Shown: positions 41,935-54,692 of the stretch, in pieces
How the letters are laid out: every line of letters begins with the position of its first letter
How positions within the stretch are numbered: position 1 is the first letter of the stretch
NCBI GenBank assembly: GCA_964016885.1
Contig: OZ024747.1
Coordinates: 24,738,001 to 24,802,000, forward strand
Source: Eledone cirrhosa
Lineage: Eukaryota
DNA length: 64,000 nucleotides
Direction: 5' to 3'
Program-made: the position numbers and the translations under genes
The notes under the pieces: generated by a model
Told to the model about the DNA's origin: nothing
The model's database searches: none
What the model saw: only the letters and a program-made list of their open reading frames with translations

Positions 41935-43773
41935 TCATTTGGTTCTGGCTCCTCTATACACTCTGATTTTATCTCTCTGATTGTAACCAGAGAACTGCAT
42001 ACGGTGGATGAAGTGTTGTATGTGTCTCTCTAGTTCTTCGGGGTTGCACATGCGGAACACGTTTCTCATCACCCGTACCAAATCCGCAATCAGTATGTTG
42101 ATTTTGGTATGGTCCGAAACAGCTGAGTTTCGGTGGATCAGATATTTGGAAGTCATGGGTTTGGCATAATGGGAATGGAGGATTTGTTTTTTGTTATTAA
42201 TGGTATCTAACCAGAGCTCTGTGTCTAGTACAGGTAATCGATGGTTGGGGTGTTTACTTGGGTAGTCTATAGTAACTCTAATACTCTGGTGGATGGAGTT
42301 AGCTATTTGCTGGATGCTTTCCATTGTGTTTTTCTCTAATTCCTGACTGTTCTCTAGTGGGGGTGTTTTAACTACGATGTTTATATCATCAATGTAGCGG
42401 GAGTACATTATCAGGGTTAAGGGGTCTTCTAATTGTTCTTTAAGTTTAAGTTTAAGTCTACTGCCCCACCATACCATGAATAAGTTAGCTATGTCGCCTG
42501 CAATGCTAACACCAATGGCTGCTCCTTCCTCTTGGGCATATGTTTTTCCATTAAATTTGAACATATGTTCCTTAAGGGTTAATTTTATGCTGGCCCCCAC
42601 CGCATGTGCAATCATTTTCTTCAGTTCATCGTGGTTTTCAGGTGTCCGTATGGCTCTGGTCCACCCGTTCCATCTATCTGTGTGGGTTTTCTTGGCCATT
42701 GAGGTAATGGTAGGTGGTCTGCCTCTTGCTGGTCTTGTAGGGCACAGGTTGCTAAGGTCATATGTGTCTAGGTAATTATTACTATAGGTAAGTTTAAGTA
42801 GGAGTCCCAGCTCACCGGTGTCAATCCCACGGAACTCAACATTGCTCTCACTGATCATTTCTACGCATTTCTCCACAGCAAAATCCACATCAATAGATGG
42901 ATACAGGGACACAACATCCATACTACCTATTATGCAGTTTGTTAGGTCCCTAGATCGGTTACTCTCGCCGATTCTGTTGAATAGGTCCTCCGTGCTGTCA
43001 CATACATCTGGGGACATTTCAATGATGGGGCGTATGATCAGGGAGAGGAAGTAGGACAGTCTGTAGTTACTAGCAATGTTAGCTCCACAGACTGGCCGTG
43101 TTGGTGGTCCCGTGACAGGGTCACTGTCCATTTTATGGTCTTCTCGAAGCCCATACAACGCCGGCACGTCATTGTTCCAGGCCTGGAAGCTGTTGGCAGT
43201 CCTTTTGTTGGGCTGCATTATATTCGTCCACATCACCATATGGGCATTGAGGGCTTTTTCTCTATCCTCATGCTCCTGTGGTGTTACTTCTCTTGTGTTG
43301 GTGATGTGGGGTTGCATTGCCTGGATGTAGTTTGGCAGGCTGTCAACCGACATTCTGCCAGACTTGTCTGTTGGAAAGCATGCTATATCTCCACTATGCG
43401 AGCACTGCATGAGCTTACGCAAGCCATTTGCAGACTTTTCTGCCAGTTGCTGGGCCTCCATTCTATCATGCTTCTTGCTATACTTTTCTATAATATTTCT
43501 AAGTTCGGATCTAGCTATACTAAATTGTGCTTCTGTTTGTTCATCGACCTGCGACGGCAATTGAGTGCGTTTGTTAAATGGTAAAATCGTGGCGTGGACT
43601 CGTCGCAGGTCGAACGACTTATCGGAGGGATTATAAAAAGTAGAGTTCCAGGCTGCTGCTTTATGTGTACTAGTGCTATTATTATTGTTAGTTGTGTTGT
43701 TTCTATTTCTATTTCCACCAACAGCCTCATGGTTGTTTCTATGTCTCTCATTATTACTCCTGTCTCTTTCCAC
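41935..43773 (-). CDS. PLE-2 reverse transcriptase (truncated by a ~300-bp deletion near 41937)
   Basis: PTDKSGR, GSMDVVSLYPSI, GAAIGVSIAG, YSRYIDDI. Close paralogue of the PLE-1 ORF. Confidence 0.88.
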   Translation of the reverse strand: MERDRSNNERHRNNHEAVGGNRNRNNTTNNNNSTSTHKAAAWNSTFYNPSDKSFDLRRVHATILPFNKRTQLPSQVDEQTEAQFSIARSELRNIIEKYSKKHDRMEAQQLAEKSANGLRKLMQCSHSGDIACFPTDKSGRMSVDSLPNYIQAMQPHITNTREVTPQEHEDREKALNAHMVMWTNIMQPNKRTANSFQAWNNDVPALYGLREDHKMDSDPVTGPPTRPVCGANIASNYRLSYFLSLIIRPIIEMSPDVCDSTEDLFNRIGESNRSRDLTNCIIGSMDVVSLYPSIDVDFAVEKCVEMISESNVEFRGIDTGELGLLLKLTYSNNYLDTYDLSNLCPTRPARGRPPTITSMAKKTHTDRWNGWTRAIRTPENHDELKKMIAHAVGASIKLTLKEHMFKFNGKTYAQEEGAAIGVSIAGDIANLFMVWWGSRLKLKLKEQLEDPLTLIMYSRYIDDINIVVKTPPLENSQELEKNTMESIQQIANSIHQSIRVTIDYPSKHPNHRLPVLDTELWLDTINNKKQILHSHYAKPMTSKYLIHRNSAVSDHTKINILIADLVRVMRNVFRMCNPEELERHIQHFIHRMQFSGYNQRDKIRVYRGARTK

Positions 43774-45100
43774 TGGCTCATTGTTATTATCTACTCTATT
43801 TTGTGTGTCTGTGTTCGTCTTGGTTATTTTCTTTGTCCATAGTCTCCCTTCTCCTTTTAATCCTATTACCTTCCCTTATTTCTGTGCTACTGTCATTACT
43901 TGTTTTCTGTGTCTGTGTGTTTGTTAAGATTGTGGTTGTGGTGAGAGGCATTGAATGTGTGTGTGTTGTTGTTGTTGATGTGTGCTGTTGTTGATGTGTG
44001 TTGTTGTTGTTGTCTCCGTGTGTGTTATTATTGTTGTGTGTGTTGTTATTGTTGTGTGTGTTGTTATTGTTGTTTGTGTCTACGTGTCTGTTGTTGTTGT
44101 TTCTGAGTATGTTATTATTGTTGATGTGTGTGTTCTTGTTATTGTTGTTTGTGTATGTGTGTCTGTTGTTGTTGGGATGTGTGTTGTATATGTGTGTGTG
44201 TGTGTGTGTATGTTGTTACTTTTGTTTTTGTTTTTGTTTTTGAGGCTCCAACGTAATTTTGTAAATGATTTTTCTATTTCTGACAAACAACTAATCATAT
44301 TTACCTTCTTGAATGTCGCATATTTCGGTGGTAGATGTAATACAGATAATTCATCAGGATCTACTGCAGTGTTGCCGTATATATTTGTGTTGTTGTTGTT
44401 GAACTCATCTGTTAATGAGATGTCGGCCATATTTATACCGTCAATTTTGTCGGGATATCTATTGGTATTCTCTACAGTATCCTGATTTAGTTTTATCTGC
44501 TTAAGCCACTTTAGTTTCTTGTTACAGTGCTTATCACATTCTTGAGCAATGTACTGTTCTTCAGGACGTATAAGGCTGATAAATATAGTTTTTCTCTTGG
44601 CGTGGTGATCTTAGTTACTTCTTGTATTAGGTTACAGTTATGTTTTTCTTGATGACTTAATTCTCTATAGATCTCCTTTTTTATGTTTAGAATTAGTGTT
44701 CGTTTTAGCCTATCTGCTTGCTTTTTGGTGAGCTGTAATCTTCTTACATCGGTGTTGATAGTGTTGGTGTAAACTCGGGACGAGGCACATTCTTTTATGA
44801 AGTGCAGTTGTCGAGATGTTATTGTTTTTCGTAGCCAACAGAACATGGTGGTTTTCAGTATCTTGTTAGCCTGGCTAAGGCTTACGATATTTCGTTTCAG
44901 AATTTGTTTGGCAAGATTCTTTATCTGAAAACGTGTGTTGAAACCGATATTGTTATACTTTGGGAGGGTCATGTTGCCAATAAGAAACACTCGCACCAGT
45001 TGCTTTCACTTCAATTTATTATAATAAATTTATAAATTTAGGAATTTATAAATTTCAGGTTGGTTGGTTGGTTCCATAATCAGATGGTTATATATATATT

Positions 45101-45144
45101 GTCAAAGTTCTTTCGTCACACATTCTGTGACCTCTTCAGTGACT
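45101..45144 (-). ncRNA. Hammerhead ribozyme (family A)
   Basis: Same motif, in the 5' pLTR upstream of the ORF start. Confidence 0.75.
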
Positions 45145-45166
45145 GGAGATTCTTTTCTTTGTATTC

Positions 45167-46378
45167 ATGGTATGGTGGGACAGTAGACTTAAACTTAAAC
45201 TTAAAGAACAATTAGAAGACCCCTTAACCCTGATAATGTACTCCCGCTATGTTGATGATATAAACATCGTAGTTAAAACACCCCCACTAGAGAACAGTCA
45301 GGAATTAGAGAAAAACACAATGGAAAGCATCCAGCAAATAGCTAACTCCATCCACCAGAGTATTAGAGTTACTATAGACTACCCAAGTAAACACCCCAAC
45401 CATCGATTACCTGTACTAGACACAGAGCTCTGGTTAGATACCATTAATAACAAAAAACAAATCCTCCATTCCCATTATGCCAAACCCATGACTTCCAAAT
45501 ATCTGATCCACCGAAACTCAGCTGTTTCGGACCATACCAAAATCAACATACTGATTGCGGATTTGGTACGGGTGATGAGAAACGTGTTCCGCATGTGCAA
45601 CCCCGAAGAACTAGAGAGACACATACAACACTTCATCCACCGTATGCAGTTCTCTGGTTACAATCAGAGAGATAAAATCAGAGTGTATAGAGGAGCCAGA
45701 ACCAAATGGGAAAAAATGGTAAATAATGACACAAATGGGACCTGCCCATTGTATAGGAGCAAATTTTGGAATAGAATAGAAAGAACTAGGAATAAGACTA
45801 ATAGAATAAACTCATGGTATGATAGCAATAAATACCAGAGTGTAATGTTCATCGATACAACCCATAGAGGTGAATTAGCTTTCAAATTTAGAAGGGCCCT
45901 AGACAAAGATAAACTCAATATTAAGATAGTAGAAAGACCAGGTATCTCCGTAAAAACACTTATTAGCAAGACATACCCTTTTCAAAGACCCCCCTGTATA
46001 GATAAGAAATGTATAACCTGTAAATTAAGCCCCCATATTAACTGTAAAACTAGAAATGTAGTATATAGCATAAGATGTACTGAAGGACAATGTAGAGACA
46101 AAAATATAGTGTACATAGGTGAGACAGCTCGTAGTGTAGGGGAACGGATAAATGAACACTGGCGTGACCTTCAAGATAGTAAAGAATCATCTGTACTCTA
46201 CCAACATGCTAAAATAGAACATAAGGGTAAATTAGAGAACATAGAAATAAAAATAGAAACTACACACAGAAAAGACGCAATGTTTAGACAAATCACAGAG
46301 GCAATAAACATAAAAGAATTACAACCAAAATTAAATAGAAAATATGAGTGGAACAACAACATCACAACTTACAATTAA
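45167..46378 (+). CDS. Inverted PLE-2 C-terminus (RT end + GIY-YIG), frame intact
   Basis: YSRYVDDI, CIDKKCITC, NVVYSIRC...YIGETAR. Confidence 0.88.
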   Translation: MVWWDSRLKLKLKEQLEDPLTLIMYSRYVDDINIVVKTPPLENSQELEKNTMESIQQIANSIHQSIRVTIDYPSKHPNHRLPVLDTELWLDTINNKKQILHSHYAKPMTSKYLIHRNSAVSDHTKINILIADLVRVMRNVFRMCNPEELERHIQHFIHRMQFSGYNQRDKIRVYRGARTKWEKMVNNDTNGTCPLYRSKFWNRIERTRNKTNRINSWYDSNKYQSVMFIDTTHRGELAFKFRRALDKDKLNIKIVERPGISVKTLISKTYPFQRPPCIDKKCITCKLSPHINCKTRNVVYSIRCTEGQCRDKNIVYIGETARSVGERINEHWRDLQDSKESSVLYQHAKIEHKGKLENIEIKIETTHRKDAMFRQITEAINIKELQPKLNRKYEWNNNITTYN

Positions 46379-46578
46379 GGACAAAATGAAAACACACACG
46401 CACATAGAACAAACAACCAACCTATAACATGTAAATAAACAAATAAATAAACGAATATAAACACACACAGACACCCGGATGTGGCGCATGCGCAGACTGA
46501 GCACACAACACACACACAGAAAGAAAATGGCGTAGGACAGAACAAAGGAGAGGCACAAAAACAAAGAAAAGAATCCCC

Positions 46579-46623
46579 AGTCACTGAAGAGGTCACAGAA
46601 TGTGTGACGAAAGAACTTTGACA
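46579..46623 (+). ncRNA. Hammerhead ribozyme (family A)
   Basis: Same motif, in the inverted pLTR. Confidence 0.75.
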
Positions 46624-46808
46624 ATATATAAACAACCATCTGATTATGGAACCAACCAACCAACCGGAAATTTATAAATTCCTAAATTTATAAATTTATT
46701 ATAATAAATTGAAGTGAAAGCAACTGGTGCGTGTGTTTCTTATTGGCAACATGACCCTCCCAGCACACGTTTTCAGATAAAGAATCTTGCTAAACAAATT
46801 CAGAAACG

Positions 46809-47821
<1,013 letters not shown>

Positions 47822-48110
47822 TTATAAAATAATTACTAATGAAGTAATCAATTTTCTGTGATCTTCGGTAGGCACCCAGAAATTAATCTGCTCCTACGGT
47901 GAGCTGAATTCATAATCACATATTCATGGCTGCTATTTCTAGCGCCATGGATATGAGCCAGAATGCTGAGAAGGTCGTGTGCAAAAGCACATGTATTAGG
48001 CTTGCGACAGATCAGTCTTAAGATATTATCTTAGGATAAGTGATTTTAATTTCTGGGTGCCTACCGAAGATCACAGAAAATTGATTACTTCACTAGTAAT
48101 TATTTTATAA
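47822..48110. mobile_element. MITE-like element with ~65-bp inverted repeats
   Basis: 47822-47886 (TTATAAAATAATTACT...GGCACCCAGAAATTAA) is the reverse complement of 48046-48110 with one mismatch. Confidence 0.7.
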
Positions 48111-48829
48111 ATAGTGGTTCCGTAATTAATTAATTATTTCATTAGTATAACATCCCTTGTGAAAAAGGTTTATGTTTTGAAGTTCCGCCCGATCTGCTGA
48201 AAAGGTTTGAATTTTGAAATTTAAACTTGTCTAGGCACCAGGCAGTTGCCATTTTACGTCTGTAAGTATAGATTTAATATTTAATATTCTCTAGATCAAT
48301 ACAGACGGACTATATGTACTTGAATTAAGGTATTTCTATCTGGCTAAAAGATTATTGTCATTTTGCAAAAATAAAACACAGTAGTGTTGATCATATATTT
48401 TTTTTAATTATAATGTAATGCTCAGAAGTATTTTCTTAGAGCTTAATATTTGTAACTGACTACTAAACTGAAATATGTATATATATATATATGTATATAT
48501 GTGTATATATATATATGTATATATATGTATATATATATATATGTATATATATGTATATATGTATATATGTGTATGTGTATATATGTATATATATGTATGT
48601 ATATATATGTATATATATATATGTATATATATGTATATATGTATATATATGTATATGTATATATATGTATATGTATATGTATATATATATGTATATATAT
48701 GTATATGTATATATATATGTATATGTATATGTATATGTATATATATATGTATATATATATGTATATGTATATATATAAGTATATATATATGTATATGTAT
48801 ATATGTATATGTATATATATATGTATATA

Positions 48830-51605
48830 TCAATGAAATCAACGATGCTGGGTTTAAAATCACATCTGATCTCAACATCCTGGACCGGACCGAACCTCTG
48901 GACCCTATTTCTCCCCACTTTACCCTGAAGGATCACAAATCCAATTTTCCGAACAACCCCTCTATTCGGCTTATTAACCCTACGAAGTCCGATTTAGGTA
49001 GACTTAGTAAAACGATTCTTGATAGAATTATACCTGAAATTAGAAGTTTGGCCCCTCTCGCACTGTGGAACAACTCTTTCGCGGTGATTGATTGGTTCAA
49101 CGGCATATGTAACAAGGAACATTGCCGTTTTATCCAATTCGACATCAACAATTACTACTCCTCCATCACTTTACCACTTCTCCTTAGAGCTATCAATTTC
49201 GGTAAAACACTCACAGTGGTTAAGGATTTCGAAGTTGATGTCATCCTCAATGCCCGAAAGTCGGTGATTAATTTCGACGACTCTATTTGGATAAAAAAAT
49301 CCAATAGTACCCCCATTCGACGTGAGTATGGGCGCCAGTGACTCTGCGGAGGTTACTGATCTTATTGGCCTTTTCCTTCTTTTCTCTATCAAGGACGAAT
49401 TCCCCAACGCGGGCGGTGGTTTATACCGTGACGATGGTCTTTTGACCATGACTAAGTGCGGACCTCGTGCTTGCGACAGGTTCAGAAAAGAACTCACAGC
49501 CTTCTTTAAAGGCTTCAACCTCTCTATACAGGTTGAGGCCAATCTCTCGGTCGTTAATTACCTCGACGTTACCCTCAATTTATTGAATGGGTTGTATTAC
49601 CCGTATAGAAAGCCGAATGATACGCTTAATTACATAAGTAAGCATTCCAACCATCCTGCCAGCATAACCAAGAACCTGGTAAGAAACGTTTCGTTGAGGC
49701 TTTCCCGTCTTTCCACCTACGAGCGTATTTTCAACGACCATTCCACTTATTACAATGAAGCTCTGGCTCGAAGTGGATTTGTCGATAAGGTAGCATATAC
49801 AGAGTACGAAAATAGACCTAGAAGAAATAGATCCCGTCGCATTTGTTGGTATAACCCACCATATAATATGGAGGTGGCCACACCATTAGCTAAGATCTTT
49901 CTTTCCATTATCACGAAGCATTTTCCCCCTACACATAAATATAGTAAAATTTTAAATAGAAATACTATTAAAATTTCTTACTCTACGACTCCTAACCTTG
50001 CACATAACATCACAGCTTCAAATTTAGCTAAACTACCTAGCCGTAGGAATACGTGCAACCCTGTAGTTAGTACCAACTGTAATTGTAGGAATCGGGCTGA
50101 TTGCCCCCTATCCGGGAAATGCCTCTCTAGTAACATTGTCTACAAATGTAAGGTTGTAACACCCACGTAGGGTTGTAACACCCTATGTAGGCCCTACATA
50201 GGGTTAACCGCCAATAGTTTCAAGCAGCGTCTTTACATGCATACCCATTCTTTTCGATACCCTCTAAGAAGGAATATGACGTCACTTTCAGCTTATATCT
50301 GGAGTCTAAAAGACAACCACACCCAATATAAGTTACACTGGGAGATCCTAGCTAGGGCTAGATCGTATAACGGAAATAAAAGACCATGTGACCTCTGCGC
50401 CGCTGAGGCCTTGGAAATACTCTACGCCGCAAACCACATCTTAAACAAAAAATCTGAGGCAATTTCGGCTTGTAAACATAAATTGCACAAAACTTTCCTG
50501 TATTACAGCCCCACGTTATACCCTAACGGATAGTACGATCTATACGTGGATATTTTACGTCTTGATGTGGGAGCTAAGTATATGTTTTGTTTATTCCTTT
50601 ACTTATTTTTATAGGTAAGTATATACTACCCGTATGTTTTGTGAAGGTACGTATACCTTCTCGTACGTATATTTGATTGCTATGACGTATAATTTTATAT
50701 ATTCTGGTACATAGGGTTTGGCTATGTGTATACGGGAGTTTTTGCGTCTGTGTGATTATGTAGGTTCGTACGTATGGTGGGTGTGTGTATATGTGTACTT
50801 CTTGTTTTAGTTGACTTACGTCGTGTATTTATATGTAGGTATGTGTGTGCGCTTGTTATATACGTATTTATTTATTTATATACGTTTATATAATTATTTA
50901 TTTATTTGTATACACGCATACACACACACACATATTTATATGTGCGTGGTTTTGTATACCTATGGTAAGGTTTTGCGTATGCTTGTGTATGTACGTATCT
51001 GTTTGCGTGTATCTATTTATTTATTACTTCTGTATTGTATTTATTTACTTTGTTCTTAACTCTGTAGCGGAGATTCATTTGGTCTCCTAGTTAGAATTTT
51101 AGTCTACGACTTCTGCTATACCATTTACGTGGTTTTGTCTTTGCGTGCTATTGTTCTCCACGCTCCACATATGACCTATTATCTTCGTTTTTTCGTTCAT
51201 TGCCAGAGAACGTCTCTATGAACCACCTAAGAGAACATTAGTCTACGACCTCTTTTATACCATAAACGTGGTTCTGTCTTTGCGCGTAATTGTTTTTCAC
51301 CACTCCTATTAATGACGTATTATTCGTTTTTTCCCGTTCTTCGCCAGCGAACGTTTCCACGAACCAAAGTATCGTCTTCCTGTCTTCCTCCGGTTGCAAG
51401 GTTTTTTTAAATATCCAGTTCTGCGTTTACAGATTGACTTTGTTAGTTTCAGAAGATCCCGTTAAGGGTGAAAGCAGCGATTCTTTGCTTAAACTTTAAT
51501 CTGTTATTTTAATAAATATTTGCTCTACGGTTCTTATATATTTGATATATATTTATCCTTATCGAGCCCACTTTGGATTTTAGTCTTCAAATTTATTATT
51601 ATTAC
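48830..51605 (+). mobile_element. 5'-truncated Naiad-like PLE (RT + GIY-YIG), frameshifted
   Basis: [32 protein letters not shown]; linker CNCRNRADCPLSGKC (CxCx5C); IVYKC...YIGLT; CDLC...CKH. Both ends lie in (TA)n. Confidence 0.88.
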
Positions 51606-51915
51606 TATATATATATGTATATATATATGTATATATATATGTATATATATATATGTATATATGTATGTATATATGTATATATATATGTATATATATATGT
51701 ATATATATATGTATATATATGTATATATATATGTATATATATATATATGTATATGTATATATATGTATATGTATATGTATATATATATATGTATATATAT
51801 GTATATGTATATGTATATATATATATGTATATATATGTATATGTATATGTATATATATATATATATGTATATATATGTATATGCATATATATATATATGT
51901 ATATGTGTATATATG

Positions 51916-51965
<50 letters not shown>

Positions 51966-52077
51966 TAAGAGGAATTCCAACTTTGTCTGATTTACTCGTT
52001 TTATTTACAATCCTTTAAAATATATAATGGTATTATAATGAAATAGTATGATAGAATATTAAATTCTAAGTGTTAAT

Positions 52078-52154
<77 letters not shown>

Positions 52155-52635
52155 GTATATATATATATATGTACATATATATATGTATATATATATGTAT
52201 GTATATATATGTATATATATATATGTATATATATGTATATATATGTATATATATTTGTATATATATGTATATATATATGTATATATATATGTATATATAT
52301 ATGTGTATATATATGTGTATATATATGTGTATATATATATGTATATTTATATATGTATATGTGTATATATATATATATGTATATTTCTATATGTATATGT
52401 GTATATGTATATATGTATATATGTATATGTATATATATGTATGTATATATGTATATGTATATATATGTATGTATATATGTATGTATATATGTATATATGT
52501 ATATATGTATATATATATATGTATATATATATGTATATATTTATATATGTATATGTATATATGTATATATATGTATATATATATATATGTATATATGTAT
52601 ATATATGTATATATGTATATATATATATATATGTA

Positions 52636-52680
<45 letters not shown>

Positions 52681-52681
52681 G

Positions 52682-52730
<49 letters not shown>

Positions 52731-53068
52731 GTATATGTATATATATATGTATTTATATATATATATGTATATATGTATATATATATGTATATATATATGT
52801 ATATGTATATATGTATATGTATATATATATGTATATATATATATATATGTATATATGTATATGTATATGTATATATATATATATGTATCTATATATATGT
52901 ATGTATATATATGTATATATATATATATATATATGTAGATAAATCTACCAAGAGTTTACGGTAGTGTCCAATCCGTATGAAGAACTCAATGTATTCCGGA
53001 TATCATGGAAAGAAGAGATGTAATGAAAAACCACTTTCGGTGAAAGATAAACGGTATACAGAGTCAAG

Positions 53069-53486
53069 ATAAAATATTAAACAAATAATGAATAAACAAT
53101 TCCTTATATTAAACAAAAAAAGTTCATTATTTAACGATCGTTTCTAGGATATATATGTGTTAGAATTGGTATGCATATTCAACAGATCTATGTACAAAAT
53201 TATACAAAATTATACAAATTATCAAGATTAAATATACATACCAAACACATATATAGGCCGTCTTCAGAAATATTTCTTTCATTATTTCTGAAGACGGCCT
53301 ATATATGTGTTTGGTATGTATATTTAATCTTGATAATTTGTATAATTTTGTATAATTTTGTACATAGATCTGTTGAATATGCATACCAATTCTAACACAT
53401 ATATATCCTAGAAACGATCGTTAAATAATGAACTTTTTTTGTTTAATATAAGGAATTGTTTATTCATTATTTGTTTAATATTTTAT
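53069..53486. repeat. ~420-bp near-perfect palindrome (inverted pLTR-like pair)
   Basis: Arms 53069-53272 and 53283-53486 with a 10-nt spacer. The mirrored ORFs 53160-53384 and 53171-53395 reflect the symmetry. Confidence 0.95.
53280..53430 (+). ncRNA. Type I hammerhead with a very long stem II (family D); mirror copy at 53125-53272 on the minus strand
   Basis: Stem I CATTATTT/AAATAATG (8 bp); CTGAAGA; long hairpin TATATATGTGTT/AACACATATATA and TGGTATG/CATACCA; GAAAC-GATC-GTT with palindromic ACGATCGT. Confidence 0.7.
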
Positions 53487-53583
53487 ATATATATGTATAT
53501 ATATATATATGTACGTATATATATATATGTATATATATATATGTATATATATATATGTATATATGTATATATATATATGTATG

Positions 53584-53688
<105 letters not shown>

Positions 53689-53821
53689 GTATATATATAT
53701 GTATATATATGTATATATATGTATATGTATATATATATATGTATATATATGTATATGTATATATGTATATATGTATATGTATATATGTATATGTATATAT
53801 ATATATGTATATATATATATG

Positions 53822-53928
<107 letters not shown>

Positions 53929-53930
53929 AC

Positions 53931-53989
<59 letters not shown>

Positions 53990-53993
<4 letters not shown>

Positions 53994-54692
53994 GGAGGTG
54001 AGTTTTATTGTAGTACAATAAAGCAATGCAGATATCGGATAAGAAGCACTCTACAGTTTGTAGGACTGGAGTATACATAATATATAAGATCAAAAGATGG
54101 TTAAAAGAGTTCCATGTATTATTTTATGCGCATTTCAAAAACAAATATCATCATGCAATAACATTTGTGTTTTCATCAGATAAAATAGGAAGACATGATA
54201 TGAAGGTTAAAAACACTTGTGGATAGTGCAGTTTTAAATTAACATATGAAAAGTAGTTTTAGATTGATGTGTGATATTGGGGTGGGGTGAAAGGATGAAA
54301 AAGAGGAGATGAGCGTAAAAAGTGGAGGGGGAGGAGTATAATGAGGAAGGATGTGATAGGAGGAGAGATGGGTGATAGAGAGAGAGAGATAGCTTTTATA
54401 ACTGAGAAAAATATATTGTTTTACATAGAGAGGTTGAAAAACCGTTGGAAGATAATGAATAAATTAAAAGAATTTGAAAATTAACGAAGAGAAAAATAAT
54501 GTAAAGTTAAGGTTTGTATATTGAAGGATTTAATAATATGTGCGATGAAAAGAAATTGTTAATATGTATTAAGAATAATATTTAAGGGTTTAATAATATG
54601 TCCGATGGAAAGAAAATGTTAATATGTATTAAGAATAATATTTAAGGGTTTAATAATATGTGCGATGGAAAGAAAATGTTGATATGTATTAA
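53990..54692 (-). mobile_element. Inverted pLTR of the Naiad-like PLE at 54693
   Basis: Reverse complement of 61050-61790 plus an extension that also appears at 62660-62747. Contains a 60-bp tandem repeat and a hammerhead at 54117-54187. Confidence 0.85.
54117..54187 (-). ncRNA. Hammerhead ribozyme (family C)
   Basis: Reverse complement of 61682-61752 with an altered stem I. Confidence 0.7.

Noticed and set aside
50070-50480. Selenocysteine-coding Naiad (in-frame UGA at Cys positions, reported for some Naiads)
   Set aside because: The conserved Cys codons here and at 56574-56600 are TGT/TGC, and no convincing SECIS was seen.
53160-53395. Pair of near-identical 74-aa ORFs on opposite strands
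   Set aside because: A by-product of the palindrome; the informative signal is RNA structure.
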